Assembly: GCA_035526025.1 (NCBI GenBank)
Contig: DATLDE010000002.1
Span: forward strand, 2,340 to 66,339
Origin: Candidatus Limnocylindrales bacterium
GTDB lineage: Bacteria > Patescibacteriota > Microgenomatia > Levybacterales > UBA12049
Direction: 5' to 3'
Length of the DNA stretch: 64,000 nt
The notes beneath the pieces were generated by a model. That model was not told the origin of the DNA and made no database searches. It saw nothing but the letters and a program-made list of their open reading frames with translations. Below, piece after piece: positions 38,801 through 48,329 of the stretch; position 1 is the stretch's first letter; the number at the start of each line of letters is the position of its first letter. A program made the translations under genes and the position numbers.

Positions 38801-38866
38801 TGATTTAAGATTAAAGATACAAGATTAAAGAATTCTTAAATCCTAAATCTTACTTCTTAAATCTAA
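38801..38866. repeat. Inverted array of degenerate 7-nt repeats centred on GAATTC (twin of 8689-8750)
   Basis: AAGATTA AAGATAC AAGATTA AAGAATT | CTTAAAT CCTAAAT CTTACTT CTTAAAT. Confidence 0.8.
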
Positions 38867-39249
38867 TACTTTTCTATTTTCCACTCAATCTTATCCGCAT
38901 CTTTTGTAACATAATCAGCAGGTCCTACTTCGCTCATTTTTCCATTTACATAAAAAGCCCAGAATTCTTTGTTCTTATCCTCAGCCAATCTGCTGTTAAT
39001 TGAGGTAACTAATCCTGAAGAACCCTGTTCAACTTTTGAAAAAGCTTTCAAAAGAGTCAGAGCATCCTTACCGTTTTCCCCTGGGTAAGATACTCTGTCT
39101 GTTACGGATTTTTTTTCAGAAACTATTGTGGGCGTTGGGTTACTTACAATTTTACTGGGATTATTTACAGTAACTAAAGTTGCACCACCAAGCAGAAGTA
39201 AAAATATACCCAAACCGATTATTGTTGTTTTTTTAATTCCTTTTTCCAT
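38863..39249 (-). CDS. DUF4430 (transcobalamin C-terminal-like) membrane-anchored putative B12-binding protein
   Basis: TM anchor; LVTSIN..FWAFYVNGKMSEVGPADY..DKIEW. Confidence 0.85.
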   Translation of the reverse strand: MEKGIKKTTIIGLGIFLLLLGGATLVTVNNPSKIVSNPTPTIVSEKKSVTDRVSYPGENGKDALTLLKAFSKVEQGSSGLVTSINSRLAEDKNKEFWAFYVNGKMSEVGPADYVTKDADKIEWKIEKY

Positions 39250-39299
39250 ATTCAAAATATGACCACTCGTGCTGCCTGCCCCCTTGGAGGGATCCCGTC

Positions 39300-39441
39300 A
39301 AAAAATAAAAATCCTTCCGGCATTTCCGAGAAGGATTCATTTGAATACTCCTGCTCGGGACTTATGAAATAAAGTTTTGTTTTCTGACTTTAACAGTTGC
39401 GGCACAGTCATGGATTTGCACCATGATTTCCAAAACTTTAT
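39300..39441 (-). ncRNA. Cobalamin riboswitch (copy 1) with downstream terminator
   Basis: Minus strand: ATAAAGTTTTG GAAATCATGGTGCAAATCCATGA CTGTGCCGCAACTGT TAAAGTCAG..CAAAACTTTAT (11-bp closing stem); ATCCTTC..GAAGGAT plus T-run. Confidence 0.85.
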
Positions 39442-39486
39442 AATTCTAAACTAAACCAAAATGCAATCACTTGTATTCAATAGCTT

Positions 39487-41937
39487 TTAGCAAGCTGAAT
39501 ATCCACATGCATAGCATTTTTGGCAACCATCTTCGTATGCGAGGCTACTTGATCCACATTCAGGACAAATATCAAACAGACTTGTTGAGCTTGTGCTCAT
39601 GGCTTGCGCTGTGGTGTCAGTAAGCGCAAGTTGGGACACAACAACTGGTTCTTCATCCAATTTCGGGCCGTCAGCCTGGATACCAATCTGAACATTTACT
39701 GTTGTTCCGTTTGCAACAACCGCGTTTGACGCGGTTTCGGCTGCTGCAAATTCTTTTCTGATGGTGGCCAGCGTCTCTCTGTCCTCAACTTTTCCATTTA
39801 CTCTGAAGTTATAATGCTTGGCAAGTATCTTTGAGATCGCATCAGGAAGCGAACGGACTTTATTTTCACCAAACCCTATACTTCTTGACCCACCAATTCC
39901 TGCAAGTTCTGAAATTATCTCACGGACCCTTTCGCGAGTTGGGACAGGGCTGTGAATTCTAAGAACAAATGAGATCATGCGTCCGAGAGCATCGGCAAGT
40001 GCCATCAAATCAGATCCTGATTTTCCATGATTTATAAATACCTCAAACAAATTCTCTTTCTCGTCATGGTTTAAGGTCACATAGAGCTTTCCTGATGGGC
40101 TATCTGATTTATATGTCAGTCCCTGAAGCATCATGGGTCTTGGCATACGAGGAGTTACAGGAATAACTGGTGCTTGCTCAACCGGTTTTTCAACTGGCTT
40201 TTCAACAATTCTCTCCAGAACTCCCTGACGTGAACCATCTCTCATATATGTAACACCTTTGAGTCCCAAATCATATGCTGCCATATAGAGATTTTTTACA
40301 TCATCTATTGTGTGTGCATTTGGCGCGTTAACTGTTTTGGAGATAGATGAGTCAATATAAGCCTGTGCGATAGCCTGAACTTTTGCATGCTCAAGAGGAG
40401 TCAAATCATTGGCACTGGCAAAGTAAGCAGGTTTTTCAGCATCTGGATTGGCAAGTCTCCATTCATCAAAAAGCGGGTGATACATCGTCTCTTCTCCGCC
40501 TCTCCATTTACGCTTGAATGAAAATTCATAAACAGGCTCTATTCCTGAGGTGACTCCGGCAACAAGGCCTGTTGTACCAGTTGGTGCTATTGTCAATAGT
40601 ACTGCATTTCGGATTCCTTGTTTGGCAATTTTATCCTGAAGTTTTTTAGGCAAAGCCTGGATATGATAACCCTTAAGATATTTTTTCTTATCAAACATAG
40701 GGAAAGCACCTTTTTCTTTGGCGAGATCAGCAGATGCGTCATACGCGCTATCTCTTAAAGTTTTGAAGATCTTCTCGATAACCGGGAATGATTCCTCAGC
40801 TCCATAGCGAAGTTTCATTTTTATCAACGCATCCCCTAGTCCCATGATTCCAAGACCTGTTCTTCTGATATCTTTTGAGCTTTTCTCGTTTTCTTTGAAG
40901 AAATAGTAAGTTAAGTCAATAACATTATCAAGAAGCCTCATCGCGGTTCTGGTGTCTTTTGAGAAACTATCAAAATCAAACTCTCCATTCTTTACATATG
41001 CAACGAGATTCATAGCACCCAGATTACACACTGCCCATGGCCCAAGTGGCTGTTCACCACATGGATTTGTAGCCACAAGTCTTTCAAAATACCAAGTGTT
41101 TGATCTTTTGTTGCTACGCTCCAAAAAGTGCAACCCAGGTTCTGCTGATTTCCATGCAGCTGTACAAATAAGATCCCAGAGATATTGGGCTTTAATTGTT
41201 TTGTGAACTATTACTTTTCCTCCCAGTTTTCTCCATTTATCAATTTCACCATCCCACTTTGTATCATATTTTGGATCTGTAAGATCAGGATAGACAAGAT
41301 CCCAATCAGCATCTGCTTTAACAGCTTCCATAAATGCATCAGAAACACAGACAGATAAATTGGCTCCATTAATTTTGGTCAAATCTTCTTTAACGGTAAT
41401 GAATTCCTCAATATCTGGATGCCAATCCCAAAGCATAAGCATAGTTGCACCACGTCTTGAGCCACCTTGCTGGACGATATCATGCGTTGCAACTGAGAAA
41501 AGAGTTGCCCAGTTAACAGGACCAGATGATGTGCCATTGACTTTTTTAACTCGTGCGCCTTTAGGTCTGAGACTGGACATGTTCAGTCCTACCCCACCTG
41601 ATCTTGCCTGAATCTCAACTAATTGCCCAAGAGCTTCCAGTATTCCGTGTCTTGAATCTTTTGGAGAGGGGATAACAAAACAATTGAAATAAGTTACCTG
41701 ATAACCTGTTCCTGCACCGGACAGGATACGACCTGCAGGAACAAATTTGAAATCATCCATCACGCGGTAAAATTCTTTCTCCCACTTCTTTCTATCTGCT
41801 TTTTTCTCATTTTCGGCAATTCCACGCGCCACCCTTTTCCACATGTCATTTGGAGTCAGCTCTGTTGGATTGCCCTCCTCATCCTTGAGGGAGTAACGAT
41901 CCATAAATACTTTGTGTCTTATTCCATCTAATTTCAT
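39487..41937 (-). CDS. nrdJ: Class II (adenosylcobalamin-dependent) ribonucleotide reductase with TSCPD domain and C-terminal Zn ribbon
   Basis: PAGRIL, NCFV, TNPCGEQPL, CNLG, TIAPTGT, SISKTVN, C-terminal CPECG..CYACGYSAC. Confidence 0.94.
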   Translation of the reverse strand: MKLDGIRHKVFMDRYSLKDEEGNPTELTPNDMWKRVARGIAENEKKADRKKWEKEFYRVMDDFKFVPAGRILSGAGTGYQVTYFNCFVIPSPKDSRHGILEALGQLVEIQARSGGVGLNMSSLRPKGARVKKVNGTSSGPVNWATLFSVATHDIVQQGGSRRGATMLMLWDWHPDIEEFITVKEDLTKINGANLSVCVSDAFMEAVKADADWDLVYPDLTDPKYDTKWDGEIDKWRKLGGKVIVHKTIKAQYLWDLICTAAWKSAEPGLHFLERSNKRSNTWYFERLVATNPCGEQPLGPWAVCNLGAMNLVAYVKNGEFDFDSFSKDTRTAMRLLDNVIDLTYYFFKENEKSSKDIRRTGLGIMGLGDALIKMKLRYGAEESFPVIEKIFKTLRDSAYDASADLAKEKGAFPMFDKKKYLKGYHIQALPKKLQDKIAKQGIRNAVLLTIAPTGTTGLVAGVTSGIEPVYEFSFKRKWRGGEETMYHPLFDEWRLANPDAEKPAYFASANDLTPLEHAKVQAIAQAYIDSSISKTVNAPNAHTIDDVKNLYMAAYDLGLKGVTYMRDGSRQGVLERIVEKPVEKPVEQAPVIPVTPRMPRPMMLQGLTYKSDSPSGKLYVTLNHDEKENLFEVFINHGKSGSDLMALADALGRMISFVLRIHSPVPTRERVREIISELAGIGGSRSIGFGENKVRSLPDAISKILAKHYNFRVNGKVEDRETLATIRKEFAAAETASNAVVANGTTVNVQIGIQADGPKLDEEPVVVSQLALTDTTAQAMSTSSTSLFDICPECGSSSLAYEDGCQKCYACGYSAC

Positions 41938-42398
41938 ATTGTTTGTTTGGTGGGTTCTAACCCTTTCATTTCTTTCTCAAAATCTTCTATGTCAACAAAT
42001 CTCTTGAATACACTTGCAAATCTTATATATGCGACTTTATCTAGTGCTTTTAGTTTTTTTGCAACCAGTTGACCTATCATTGTGCTCTCGACCTCCATGC
42101 TGTCTTGCCCTCTCAGTTCTCGTGTAATTTCAGCAACTATTTTCTCAATTAACTCTGTTGGTATAGTTGTCTTCTCGCAAGCTTTGAGAAGTCCATGCTG
42201 TAACTTTTCCCTGCTGAACTGCTCTCTTTTTCCATCTCTTTTTATTACGTTCAGTGCGACATTTTCGATTCTTTCGTAAGTTGTAAATCTCTTACTACAG
42301 TCCAGACATGACCTTCTTCTTCTTATAGAATCCAGATCAGAACTGTCTCTAGTCTCAACAACCTCAGAATTTTTGTTACCGCAGTATGGACAATGCAT
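41934..42398 (-). CDS. nrdR: Transcriptional repressor NrdR
   Basis: CPYCG..IRRRRSCLDC..RFTTYE, ATP cone, DKVAYIRFASV. Confidence 0.97.
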   Translation of the reverse strand: MHCPYCGNKNSEVVETRDSSDLDSIRRRRSCLDCSKRFTTYERIENVALNVIKRDGKREQFSREKLQHGLLKACEKTTIPTELIEKIVAEITRELRGQDSMEVESTMIGQLVAKKLKALDKVAYIRFASVFKRFVDIEDFEKEMKGLEPTKQTI

Positions 42399-42421
42399 AG
42401 TTTTATTTTAACACTTTGCTC

Positions 42422-42473
42422 TATCGTTATCTAGTGCTATAAAAATCATATGCCACTAGATCTTGGGTGTCAA
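42422..42473 (-). promoter_or_regulatory. nrdR-nrdJ promoter (TTGACA-17-TATGAT) with tandem NrdR boxes
   Basis: -35 at 42468-42473, -10 at 42445-42450; box CCACTAGATCTTGGGT (42453-42468) and a weaker box TATCGTTATCTAGTGC (42422-42437), 31 bp apart. Confidence 0.75.
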
Positions 42474-42595
42474 CTATATAAAAATATATCAAACAATATC
42501 AGTAGCCTCATATGAATAACTTTTATTTGTATTTTCTTACAAGCGCTATTATATTGTTTAATAATTTTCTACGAAAAAGGTTAATTCATCCACTA

Positions 42596-43180
42596 TTAAC
42601 GATTTACCTCTTTTACTCTTTTCTCAAAGTCCCTGAGCCGTCCGTGCTCAACAGCAAACTTATTTTTATCTTTACCTTTTAACTTATTTGTTATGTCTTT
42701 GAGAATTTGTTGATGTTTTTTGTTAGCATCCTTCAGTTTTTTTGAAACTTCAGATGTATTAATGCCCTGTGTTTTTGCTGCCATTGTTTGATTTATTGCT
42801 GCTTCAAAATAATTTTCAGCTTTTGAAAAAGTAGATTGTGAGAGATCCAATTTATTTTCTTTTTTTTCTGAAAGCATAAAACTTGCTTCAACCCTCTTAT
42901 CAGCTTGTAAAAGATTGAACTCGGCTTTTTCCAACGGCTTTGAAATAAAAATAGACATCATACGATCCCGCCCTGCTTTTAAAAAATACAAAGGGTGATC
43001 CGGTAAAAGCCCAGGGTAAGAAAGGGTGTAGGTAGATTTTGTAGAATCTGGCTCTCCCTCTTGAGCCGAAACGGTAGTAGTTGAGAATAGTACCATGAGT
43101 ATCACGAGCGAAACCAAAAAAGCCCGTGCTACGCTTGATACTTTTGATACCCGTGATACTTTTCGTATTTGATATTTCAT
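42596..43180 (-). CDS. DUF5667-like exported helical protein
   Basis: Signal/TM segment, then YPGLLPDHPLYFLK..RD..ADKR. Confidence 0.75.
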   Translation of the reverse strand: MKYQIRKVSRVSKVSSVARAFLVSLVILMVLFSTTTVSAQEGEPDSTKSTYTLSYPGLLPDHPLYFLKAGRDRMMSIFISKPLEKAEFNLLQADKRVEASFMLSEKKENKLDLSQSTFSKAENYFEAAINQTMAAKTQGINTSEVSKKLKDANKKHQQILKDITNKLKGKDKNKFAVEHGRLRDFEKRVKEVNR

Positions 43181-43190
43181 CTTTGATCTT

Positions 43191-43781
43191 TTATCTCTTA
43201 ACGCCTATTGCTTCTATGGCCATATTGAGGCTCTCTTCGGGATCATGAAAAAAAGAATTAATTACAATATCATAATATTCATCATTCCAATAATTCCACT
43301 CAAGATCATTTTTGGCGTAAAGCCTTCTCCATTTCTCAACATCATTTTTCTCACGTTCTAAGACTTCTGTTTTTGCTTCAAGCATAGACATCTGCTCTCT
43401 ATTAACAAGCCTGTCAATTCTGATTTGCGTTTGATCTGTACCATCTGCATCATCACAAAGTACAAGTATCTTAAAAACATCTTTTATATCCTTTGCAAAA
43501 TACCCAGCAAGCTTTGTCTCTAACACAATATCTTTGTCCTCTTTAAGAATTTTCTTGAGTGAATCATCAAACAATTGATCTTCAGTGTCAGGCCTGAGAT
43601 TGGTGTCTTTTGGAGAAAGCTTTAATTTTCCACGGACATTTTCCCAAAATATCTCTCCGCCTTCCATATGTTTCCACCCTAAGCGCTCAGAAATTTTTCT
43701 GGCCAATGTTGTAGATCCTGAGGCAATTCTTCCCGAAACTGTAATAATTCGTGTATTTGGTAAGTCAATTTTGTTTTCCAT
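43191..43781 (-). CDS. cmk: Cytidylate kinase, archaeal type
   Basis: ITVSGRIASGSTT, LETKLAG, RE..RRLY..YDIVINS. Confidence 0.78.
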   Translation of the reverse strand: MENKIDLPNTRIITVSGRIASGSTTLARKISERLGWKHMEGGEIFWENVRGKLKLSPKDTNLRPDTEDQLFDDSLKKILKEDKDIVLETKLAGYFAKDIKDVFKILVLCDDADGTDQTQIRIDRLVNREQMSMLEAKTEVLEREKNDVEKWRRLYAKNDLEWNYWNDEYYDIVINSFFHDPEESLNMAIEAIGVKR

Positions 43782-43823
43782 AAAGAATAACTAAAAATTT
43801 ACTCGGAATCTGTATGAGAGATC

Positions 43824-45068
43824 CTAAACGGGATTTTGTGGGGCAGTCCCACCCTGATCCCCGTCTGGAGCTGGTGGAGTTGGCGTTGCTGGAACTGGTT
43901 CAGGCTGATCAACTGGTGGTGTTACGGGAACTGGAGTTGGAACTGGAGTAGGTGCTGGAACTGAATTTTGAACAGGTGCCGGTGCTTGCCCGCTTGCAGA
44001 ACTGCTTTGCGTGGAAGCTGGAGTTGCAGGCTGCTGCCCAACCATTATGGTCTCCTCAACCAGTCTATTTGCGTATCCATATTCATTATCATACCAAGCA
44101 ATTACTTTTAACATATTGCCACCTACTACTTGAGTTAGAGATAAATCAACGATGCTTGAGTGTGAATTACCGATAATATCACTTGATACCAATGGATCAT
44201 CTGTTACCGCAAGAATTCCTTTATATTCTGGCTTATCAGCCTCTGCACGAAGAAGCGTATTTACGTCTTGTTTTGTCACGTCTTTTTTTAATAAAAATGT
44301 GAAGTCAGATAGCGAGCCAACCGGAACAGGGACTCGAACAGAAAGACCTGCAAAAACACCTTTCAACTGCGGCAATACCTCACCTGCTGCAATAGTCGCA
44401 CCAGTTGATGTCGGGATTATATTAAGTCCTGCACCCCGTGCTCTTCTATAATCACTATGCCCCCCATCTTGGAGATTTTGGTCTGATGTATACCCGTGAA
44501 TTGTGGTCATCATAGCTTTTTCAATCCCGTATGCTGACTCAATTATCTTAGCGACTGGGGTAATGCAATTTGTTGTGCAGGAAGCGTTATTTATCATCCG
44601 CTCTCCTTTATAATTTGCTTCGTTTACCGATATAACATATGTAGGCACATTGTCGCCTTTTGCCGGTGCTGAAAGAACAGCTGCCTTAGCACCAGCTGCA
44701 ATATGAGCCTGCAATTTCTCAGCAGATGTGAAGTGCCCAGTTGACTCTATAACTACATCTACATTCAGATCTTTCCATGGAAGAAGCAAGGGGTCTTTTT
44801 GAGAATAAACAGGGATTTCTTTTCCTGAAATTACGAGGTGACCAAGCAATACCTTGTCGGCAGCATCTGGATTTGGCTTAACATCGATATCCTGAGGTAG
44901 AAGTCCATAAACACTGTCGTACTTTAGGAGATACATCCACCCCTTAAGATCAGTTGAATGACCTGCATTGATTGCAACAACCTCTACTTCCTCACTATGC
45001 CACTGGAGAATTACCCTATGGGCAACTCTTCCAATTCTTCCGTATCCATTTATCGCAACTCGTACCAT
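43824..45068 (-). CDS. gap: Type I glyceraldehyde-3-phosphate dehydrogenase with Pro-rich C-terminal tail
   Basis: INGYGRIGR, ASCTTNC, PTSTGA, WYDNEYGY. Confidence 0.96.
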   Translation of the reverse strand: MVRVAINGYGRIGRVAHRVILQWHSEEVEVVAINAGHSTDLKGWMYLLKYDSVYGLLPQDIDVKPNPDAADKVLLGHLVISGKEIPVYSQKDPLLLPWKDLNVDVVIESTGHFTSAEKLQAHIAAGAKAAVLSAPAKGDNVPTYVISVNEANYKGERMINNASCTTNCITPVAKIIESAYGIEKAMMTTIHGYTSDQNLQDGGHSDYRRARGAGLNIIPTSTGATIAAGEVLPQLKGVFAGLSVRVPVPVGSLSDFTFLLKKDVTKQDVNTLLRAEADKPEYKGILAVTDDPLVSSDIIGNSHSSIVDLSLTQVVGGNMLKVIAWYDNEYGYANRLVEETIMVGQQPATPASTQSSSASGQAPAPVQNSVPAPTPVPTPVPVTPPVDQPEPVPATPTPPAPDGDQGGTAPQNPV

Positions 45069-45111
45069 AAATTAAGTATATACATGAAAATAAAATAGAG
45101 CAAGAGGAAAA

Positions 45112-45402
45112 CTACTTAGGGCCTTTTTTACCTGGAAATTCAACAACAGTGCCTTGACTATTAACTGGACCGGTAGGTTTCTTTTCGTTAGTTTTACCTA
45201 CAGGACCTAGTCCAAAAATGTCTCTAATCCCACCACTATCCACGGGTGGGGTCTGAGCAACGCCTCTTGACTGAATAAGTGGATCTGGCGAGCCCCAGTC
45301 GAAAATGCTTGGCGGACGTTTAGATGTGGATGTTTCAGCTTGTGATGTATTAACTGGTTCTGATGATTCTGTGCCTAATCTACTTCCATCTTCTACACTC
45401 AT
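45112..45402 (-). CDS. Hypothetical low-complexity protein
   Basis: ORF with ATG at 45402. Confidence 0.5.
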   Translation of the reverse strand: MSVEDGSRLGTESSEPVNTSQAETSTSKRPPSIFDWGSPDPLIQSRGVAQTPPVDSGGIRDIFGLGPVGKTNEKKPTGPVNSQGTVVEFPGKKGPK

Positions 45403-45574
45403 TATTAATAACATCTCAAAAAATTAATTATGTGTCAACAGGAAAATATAAAAATAATTCTCTTTTTTATTGATTTATTTCGCAGAAGTCTTTTTGGTGG
45501 ATTTAAGATGTATACATTCATCAAAGCCTAGATAAATCATTATCTTTATGACACCATGGTGAAACGCATTAAAT

Positions 45575-47299
45575 CTATCCAAAAGTAAAAGCAAAAGCTC
45601 CAATCCCAGGAGTGAATTCCAGCTTCATCAAATGATTTCCTGTATCGCCCTTTAGATTAATCAGCTCATAAAGCCTGTCGCTATCAACTATTACACTTCC
45701 ATTCTTTACATCTCTACCAGCACGTTTCAGATCAACCAATTTACCATCTAGATAGACTTTGACTGTTCCCGCAGCTGCTCCTGGGTTCATTACCAGGAAT
45801 ACTTTATTGGCGTTGAAGTTGTAAGAAAGCACAGCATTATCAACTGCAATCGCTGACTCCTTTGTTATATTCCATGTGCCCCCAAAAGAGAATTTATTTG
45901 GGCTGATATCTTTTGATAATGTAAATTGTTGGTTACCATTTTTTGCTTTTCCAGATCCCATAAGATCAAGCATTCTCTGAGACCCCAGATAACCCTCTGG
46001 AGAGAGTTTAGATTGACGAGAAGATGTTGTTTCATTTTTTATATCAACATCCACTTTTTGTCCTGTTTCTTTGAGTAAATCTTGAATTGCCTTTTCTGTC
46101 GCGTCATACGCACCTTCACCGAAATGAGTGTAGCGTATGTACCCATCCTTATCCACTAGATACTTAGCCGGCCAATATCTGTTGTTATAGGCGTTCCATG
46201 TGTCAAAATTATTATCCTGTATAACTGGGTGTTTCAATTTAAAATCAAGGATTGCCTGTGTTAAATTTTTTTCTGATTTCTCAAATTCAAATTCCGGAGA
46301 ATGAACTCCGACTATCACAAATCCTTTATCTTTATATTTTGCGTACCAATCATTTAAATAAGGCATTGTTCTCTGACAATTGATACATGTATAAGTCCAG
46401 AAATCAATTAGAACAACTTTACCTTTTAACTCTCTTATCGTTAGTGGTTCTGAGTTAAGCCATACACCACCAGGAATTATTTCAGGTGCTTTTACTTTTT
46501 GCTGACTCAAACCATCTGAAGTAACTTGCCCTGAACGCTCTGTTGGTTCTTTTTTAAATAGCTTATCGAGTTGTTTTTTAACAGCTTCATTGTCTTCAAT
46601 CTTTATAAGCCCTGCACCATACTTTGGAAATGTTTCAAGAACATACGTCTGAAACTTCCTATCAATATTAAAAAATATTCCAAGCGCAGTCAGGACCATC
46701 AGTACACCAAATCCTTTCTGGATTTTTTCGGCATTTGGTAGAAGCCATGGAATTTTCTGAATAAGACCACGTCCTCCATACATTATTGCAAACATAGGTA
46801 TTGCCGTTCCGAGAGAATAAGCAAGCGTAATGAAGAAAGCCGAAAAGCTTACTTCACTCGTTGCTGCAAGAGTTATGACACTGGCCAGTATAGGACCTAC
46901 GCAAGGCGTCCACAACAATCCGAGGCTAAGTCCCACAAATATACCTCCTAAAAAACCATCATGATGTCCTTTTATAGCAAATCTATTTGAAAGACGTGAA
47001 AATAACTTTTCCATTAATACTTGTGTCTTTCCTGATAAAAGACTCACCCCAAAAAGTAATAATATAACTATAGATACTATACGAAGAGCATCCGCTGACA
47101 CACCTGTTGCGCGAACAATAGCTGATAAAAAAAGAGTAAAGAATGTGAAACTCAGCACAAATCCCAAAACAATTCCTTGTGGCTTTCTTTTACCTGATCC
47201 TACGCTTCCTGATAATACAATCGGAAGAATAGGCAATATACAAGGCGATAGGATTGTGATAATTCCTGCTAAAAATGCGAAACCGATAAGAAATAACAT
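45575..47299 (-). CDS. dipZ: DipZ-like CcdA-thioredoxin fusion
   Basis: SPCILP and WTPCVGP (CcdA), DFWTYTCINC thioredoxin domain, C-terminal AFAFTFG. Confidence 0.9.
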   Translation of the reverse strand: MLFLIGFAFLAGIITILSPCILPILPIVLSGSVGSGKRKPQGIVLGFVLSFTFFTLFLSAIVRATGVSADALRIVSIVILLLFGVSLLSGKTQVLMEKLFSRLSNRFAIKGHHDGFLGGIFVGLSLGLLWTPCVGPILASVITLAATSEVSFSAFFITLAYSLGTAIPMFAIMYGGRGLIQKIPWLLPNAEKIQKGFGVLMVLTALGIFFNIDRKFQTYVLETFPKYGAGLIKIEDNEAVKKQLDKLFKKEPTERSGQVTSDGLSQQKVKAPEIIPGGVWLNSEPLTIRELKGKVVLIDFWTYTCINCQRTMPYLNDWYAKYKDKGFVIVGVHSPEFEFEKSEKNLTQAILDFKLKHPVIQDNNFDTWNAYNNRYWPAKYLVDKDGYIRYTHFGEGAYDATEKAIQDLLKETGQKVDVDIKNETTSSRQSKLSPEGYLGSQRMLDLMGSGKAKNGNQQFTLSKDISPNKFSFGGTWNITKESAIAVDNAVLSYNFNANKVFLVMNPGAAAGTVKVYLDGKLVDLKRAGRDVKNGSVIVDSDRLYELINLKGDTGNHLMKLEFTPGIGAFAFTFG

Positions 47300-47355
47300 A
47301 ATTTTTATTAACTAAACTCTGATACCGGTTCTTAATAAAAAACCAGCATCACAAA

Positions 47356-47907
47356 TTACTTAATTTTGGCTAATAATTCATCCGTTTGTCCACCGTTCCA
47401 TGTTGTTACTTCATTACCCTCTCCATCAATTTGGACAAAAGTATGCTGATAAGTAACCGCGTACTTTCTTGCTAGATCTTTCTCTTCCTGATCAGTATCT
47501 GGGTCATTGTAATTTACCCGTAAAACCACCACGTCTTCTGGAAATTTATTTGCATTAGCTGAAAGCTCAGGATCTGCAATTCTACATGTCGGACACCAAG
47601 ATGCATAAAAGTATAAAACTCTTCTCTTGTCCGTATTATTAGTTAAATCCGCTTTTGAATATTCAACATATCGAGTACCAGCCTGTTCTGAGCCCACCGA
47701 AGGATCTTTCTTCATCATTCCCTCATCATCAGCCTTCTCCATAGCAGAATCTTCTTTTTTCATCATAACTTGCCCTGAGGAATCTGTTGGGTCTTTTACC
47801 ATAGCTCCATCCTGAAAAGACTTACTTGACTGATTATTAATCAAAACGAGGCCTCCACCTAAGACTATAACTGCTATGACTATTCCTATAATTGTATTTT
47901 TATTCAT
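47356..47907 (-). CDS. Membrane-anchored thioredoxin family protein
   Basis: TM anchor, Met-rich linker, FYASWCPTC, YQHTFVQ. Confidence 0.88.
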   Translation of the reverse strand: MNKNTIIGIVIAVIVLGGGLVLINNQSSKSFQDGAMVKDPTDSSGQVMMKKEDSAMEKADDEGMMKKDPSVGSEQAGTRYVEYSKADLTNNTDKRRVLYFYASWCPTCRIADPELSANANKFPEDVVVLRVNYNDPDTDQEEKDLARKYAVTYQHTFVQIDGEGNEVTTWNGGQTDELLAKIK

Positions 47908-47963
47908 ATATTCTCACCTCCTTTGCCCACCGAAGCCCAGATCCAATCGGGACGAAGGCGGGT

Positions 47964-48329
47964 TCAATTTTTGATTTTTCCATATACAAGCCCTATTGTC
48001 TTGGCCAAAAGCATAATACTAACTGCTATTATCAAAAATGGATCTACTGCTTCTTTTGCACTTTGCAAGATTATTCCTGTGATCAACACAAACACACCTG
48101 CAAAATATGCAAAACGAGAAGCGATAAATTTATGGAGTTGCTCTCTTTCATCTCCTGGTTTTTCTTTCCATAAAAACCCTGCAAAAATTACAAAAAGTAA
48201 AATTAGAAATGGAACCATAAAAGGGTGTAGCATCTGTGGCATGAAAAGATCCAGGGGATTGATAAAAAAGACAAGAAGTCCAATTAATAAAAAGGAGATA
48301 ATTATTTCACCTATAAATTTATTATTCAT
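47964..48329 (-). CDS. Small four-TM membrane protein (DUF2178-like)
   Basis: DERE..ASRFAY motif; overlaps the XRE gene by 4 nt. Confidence 0.7.
   Translation of the reverse strand: MNNKFIGEIIISFLLIGLLVFFINPLDLFMPQMLHPFMVPFLILLFVIFAGFLWKEKPGDEREQLHKFIASRFAYFAGVFVLITGIILQSAKEAVDPFLIIAVSIMLLAKTIGLVYGKIKN

Noticed and set aside
8689-38866. Repeat arrays as CRISPR
   Set aside because: Units are 7 nt with no spacers, and no cas genes are present in the window.
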